A stretch of 64,000 bases of DNA, taken from assembly GCA_023213395.1 (NCBI GenBank), contig CM041465.1, positions 27,039,741 through 27,103,740 on the forward strand, written 5' to 3'. Every line of letters starts with the position of its first letter. Position 1 is the stretch's first letter. Shown in pieces: positions 59,046 through 64,000 of this stretch. The notes below the pieces were generated by a model that did no database searches, had not been told where the DNA came from, and was given only the letters and a program-made list of their open reading frames with translations. Source of the stretch: Cycas panzhihuaensis (taxonomy: Eukaryota; Plantae; Cycadophyta). The translations under genes and the position numbers were made by a program.

Positions 59046-59461
59046 TGTTAGTGATAGTTAACTTAGGTTAACTATAACTTAATGCTTTATTAGGGATTAA
59101 TTATTGTGTGAAGGTGTGACAAAAGGATGTGTTAGTATATGAAAGATTATGATGAGGAGGCATGACCATACATGGTATCATTTTGGGGTATATTTATATG
59201 TACCCCCTTAGTATTCCAAATCATCAACTCAAATCAATATGATCTCATCATCTTCTCCTGTTCTATCTTACCTTTGAAACACTATGTATTGATTTATATT
59301 TAATATATTAAGTATTGTATTAATGGGTTTTCTCTCTTGAGAGTTTCCCATGATAAATCTAGTGTTCAAGTCCCCTTGTGTATGTTCCTGGCATGTAGCA
59401 GTCCCTACCTCTAGTTGGTTTAACATCCAACTTGTAACTCATATATACAAAAACTCTCACA
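59046..59461 (+). repeat. 5' LTR of Copia E
   Basis: Colinear with 63643-64000. Confidence 0.92.
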
Positions 59462-59856
59462 TGGTATCAGAGCCTAAGGAAGTAAGGAATGCTATTATAA
59501 CTCAGATCTAAGACTAGAAATGAATGAGTTTATCACTAACCAGCCAAATTCAGAGATTGGAGATCCATAGATTAAGTTAACACTAAGAAAAGTGGTAATC
59601 TAAAGTTGCAAAATATATTTAGATACCTCATATGCTTGTGGCACCAACATTGGAGCTGAACAACAAAGTTGGGCATCAATAGAAGCCATACAATGATGTT
59701 GACCCTAGATTGGGATCATAAAGGTAGTATAAAATTTTTTTAAAGGTACTGGGCACTATTCATCTTTGTTGGGCCCTAAATTCAAGTTGTACAATAAAGA
59801 ATAGTCTAGCGACCATTCAAAATAAACTGTATACTTTCCAAAAGTATTGCAACATT

Positions 59857-60148
<292 letters not shown>

Positions 60149-61167
60149 AAATATTAATATATAATGCCAAAGTCATTTAGTGATAAATATTGGGGATTGA
60201 TCATTATCAAACTATGTAGAAGTGAACTGCATAGAGCTACATCCTTTATAGTTCAATGACTCAACTGTTGTTTGGAGTTTATCACTCTTGAATAAAACTC
60301 TGCATATCTAAAGTGATTGCATTGCCATTCAAAGAGGATTATGTTGAGACCTATCAAAATTGATCAACAAACATTTTGAGGACTACAAGATGGTTGATTA
60401 TTTGATCATTCAGTCATTGGTCTTTGGAAATTAGTTATGCATATTTATCTTTGATAAATATTTTGATTTTTCTATAAGATTAATCATGTTGGATGAAAAA
60501 TCCACTTAAAATAGAATGATAATATTTATGATATTTCAATAGTATTTCAATATACTTTGAAGGGATGATTAATATACTGATTAATTTTTTGAAAGCATAA
60601 TTAATCAGATTTATACAGATAAAATTGAGTAGTACAAGAATAAAAATAACCATTCACAAGTTTGGAAACTCGTACATAATTGATTTTTTGTGATAATATT
60701 GATATATATCATTTGATATATAAATTTGATTGATCAATTATTTTGAAATGCATGCAAATGTCACACAATTTTTTGAGTGATGTAATTAAATAGAATATAC
60801 TATTTTTAATACTTAGCCCTTAAAACCTTTGATAAAGTGATTTACTCCATTTTAAAGAGATTTTATTACTTTTATTTGGAGTAATTTTATCCAAATTTAG
60901 CTTAGTAATACACAACATCTGTGTGGAGATTTTATAGCCTTTGACAAAAAGTTTATGGTGTTAAAAGGTGCTTTTTAACACACTATTACTTTGATTGGTA
61001 TTAAAAGGAATGTTATCTATGAAGAACACATCATACTTATATCAAAATCTTAGTGAAGTGATATGTAAAGTAGTGAATTAAGCTTGGTAAAGTGATAAAA
61101 TAGTGTAAACAAGACTTATCATCATGATTGGTAATCAAGTGGAAGTGAACTCAGAGTATTTACAAAC

Positions 61168-63300
61168 ATGGATGCTAGAACAACCCTGTTGTCATAAGTA
61201 ATCTTTGACAACACTAACTTTAAGGCTTAGAAATCTAACATAGAGCTTATGTTGATGGTCCAAGAGCTTTGGGACCTAACCTATAAGGCTTCACCTAAGA
61301 AAAAGGAAGGGGAAACTAAAGTTAAATTAGATAAACTCACATGGAGAAAGCAACTTCATGCCACCTATCTACTAAAGCTCTCACTTACCCCTGATTAGAG
61401 AGCACTTGTCCATAAGCTGAACATGCCACACAACATTTGGAAAACCCTTTGTGACATATTTGAATAGAAGAAGATAAACTATTTGGTCATCTTATTAGGT
61501 GAACTATTTAATTCTTGCATCAAGGATGAGAGCAACATTAACACCTATTCAAATAAGTTAACTAATATTAAGAGTAAGTTAGAGGGAATAAAAGAAGACT
61601 TGATTAGTGATAAAGTTCTATTGGCAATCATTATGAACAAGTTGCTATCAACTTACAACACCTTTTAGATCATGTATAACATTGACGAGATGTTATAAGA
61701 TACCTTGTTTCAAAAATGAAAGGAATTACTTCTTATAGAGAAGGCTAAGCTCAAACATCATGGGTTTATGGGTTTGACTAATATTAGTCATTCCTTATCC
61801 TTGAAAGTTTAGAAGAATGAGGATGAAGATAGGGATAAATGTTCATATAAAGAGGTTACTAGTAAATAAAAGAAGAAGAAATATAATGGTTCATGTACTT
61901 ATTGCAAAACGATGGGCTATAGGGAAAATTATTACTAGGTGAAGAAAAAGAACTTAAGGTAGGCTAATGGAAAGGAGAAAATTGTAGCTTATTGTGTGCG
62001 AGTATCAACTAAATCAAGTGTACAATAATATATCTCTTCTAAAAGGAAGAGTTTTGATGTGTTAGAATAAGATCTTAGCTAGATAGATATCATACTAAAT
62101 GATGTTGATATAGTACTAGTCCAAAATGCTAAAACAATCATAGTGAAAGGTGGTTATCTCAAGAAGGTGTAGTGTACACCTAGAATAAATCATAATCTTC
62201 ATTCTACTGAGGATATCTAAGTATACTCTCCCAAAGATAAGTTAAAAGTAAAAGATAAAGTGAGAAATGAAAAAATATGTGAAAATCAAATAAAATTCTT
62301 AAGAAGTAATTGTGGAAAAGCTAATGACAATCACATTTCTAAGTTATGTTCTAATCATGGTATTGAGTTAATCCCACATGATGGATTTACCATACAAAAG
62401 GTTGATACCTTAATTAACATGGCATTATATAAGGTGCAAAAACAACATATCCCATTCAACTTCAAGATAAAAGCTATGAGAATTATTGTTCACATTGTGA
62501 ACCAGATTCCAACCTCTATAGTTCAAAGTGTGATGCCATAGGAAAGATGGACTAGTCAGAAGCCTTCCATTAAAACAATATTAGGGTGCATTAAAAATAC
62601 ACTAATCTCTAATAGATAGATGAAGAAATTTGACCATAGTTGCAAAAGCACTTTTGTAGGATAGTATAGAAACAATCAGAGATTATAGGATCTGGTGAAA
62701 TAGAAGTTTCTTCATTGTTAGGATATAAAAATCAATGAAGCATCGACATACCAGTTTATTAAGACTCTATTAATATATGTTTGTTACCCCCCCTTCATTG
62801 CATCTCTTAATCCTGCAAAGGTTAAGATCCAAAAGGAAGATGGGATAAAAGGTAATGGAAAACACTAGTTACTCATTGAGGAAATGGCAACCTCCTCAAA
62901 GTCATTATTAATTTTAACTAGGGATGTAACAGAAAGGCTAATTAAAACTTGAACTACTAGTTGAATTCAAATGAAAAAAGTCATTCACTCCTACATTCCT
63001 AATTCATTATGGTAAATGAATCCTTTCTAGAAAGTACTTATGGAGGAGGAAAGAGATTCTTTACATGGAAATTTTCCTTATATTTGAATTGACCCTGAGA
63101 CAATGATTGTACTCATTGATCATAAGCTAACAAATAGGTTAAATATAGTAGCTACACTTGATGGAGAGTCATATTAAAATAATATCAAATCTACATTTCT
63201 TAACCTAGATTTGAGGAGATTATATAAGGCATAAACCTATGAGGTTATTAAGAAAGGACAAGATAAATAATTATGCCAATTGAATTGCACTAAAGCTACA
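61168..63300 (+). pseudogene. Copia E gag with vestigial integrase/RT pieces
   Basis: FDNTNFKA*KSNIELMLMVQELWDL, UBN2-like region 61483-61668, knuckle CTYCKTMG (~61893), IKFLRSN, and an IKSTFL RT remnant (~63184). No RNase H is recognisable. Confidence 0.72.
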
Positions 63301-63642
63301 TACCTTGTGTTTTATTTGGATGCATCTTCAATTGATGGAATATTATGACTTATGGAAGAAGCTCTTAGTTTGGGTGAAGAGTACCTAAAAGATCAAGTAT
63401 CAACATCAGAAGCAAGATACTAATAGATCATTCAAGAGGTGTTTGATAAAAGAAACCTTCAAGTGGAATCTTCTTCGACCACTAACTAGGTTATGAACTA
63501 ATTCATAGAGTTGTTGGATGAATGTCACTAGTCAACACTCAGTAAGATCATCCTTGAGAGGGGGGATCAGTCTATAAGGATAGATCTCCTAACTAATAGA
63601 GAAGTTATTTTTGCTTCATCCCCTATTTACATTAAGGAGGGA

Positions 63643-64000
63643 TGTTAGCAATAGTTAATTTAGGTTAACTATAACTTAATGCTTCATTAGGGACTAATTA
63701 TTGTGTGTAGGTATGACAGAAGGATATGTCCATATACAAAATATTATGAAGAAGAGACATGACTATACATGGTACCATTTTGGGGTATATTTATACGTAC
63801 CCTCTTGGTATTCTAAATCATCAACTCAAATCAATGTGATCTCATTATCTTCTCATGTTCCATCTCACCTTTGAAACACTATGTATTGACTTATATTTAA
63901 GATATTAAGCATTGTGTTGGTGGGTTTTCTCTCTTAGGAGTTTCCCATAATAAATCTATTCTTCGAGTCCTCTTATGCATGTTCCTGGTATGTAGCAGTC
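63643..64000 (+). repeat. 3' LTR of Copia E (truncated by the window)
   Basis: Matches 59046-59403. Confidence 0.92.

Overview
Gene-free, heavily methylation-decayed plant repeat DNA (Tat-type elements point to a gymnosperm; inference). It is made almost entirely of nested LTR retrotransposon relics. I find no intact cellular gene. Most TE ORFs carry many C>T/G>A stop codons, and the long Y/I ORFs are (TA)n artefacts. The core is a five-level nest resolved by LTR termini and target-site duplications. A + strand Tat-type Gypsy host with domain order GAG-PR-aRH-RT-RH-INT (9240-11290 + 52659-54922) is split inside its archaeal-type RNase H by element A (11291-52653, -). A contains Copia D (13658-39037, +). 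D's 5' LTR contains element B (13710-33732, -). B's 5' LTR contains Copia C (26593-31570, +, same family as D). A and B are diverged relatives with the same unusual plan. Each has Gag-protease plus a conserved unknown C-terminal region, no RT, Gypsy RNase H or integrase, an antisense intron-containing PMD (plant mobile domain) gene, and a stand-alone archaeal-type RNase H ORF with its own ATG, head-to-head with the PMD gene across ~730 bp. This non-autonomous Gag-PR/PMD/aRH family is the most interesting system in the window. Flanking material: two Copia relics at left, and a chromovirus-type Gypsy pol fragment and a pol-reduced Copia at right. A ~3.5 kb (TA)n array lies in the PMD intron of A.
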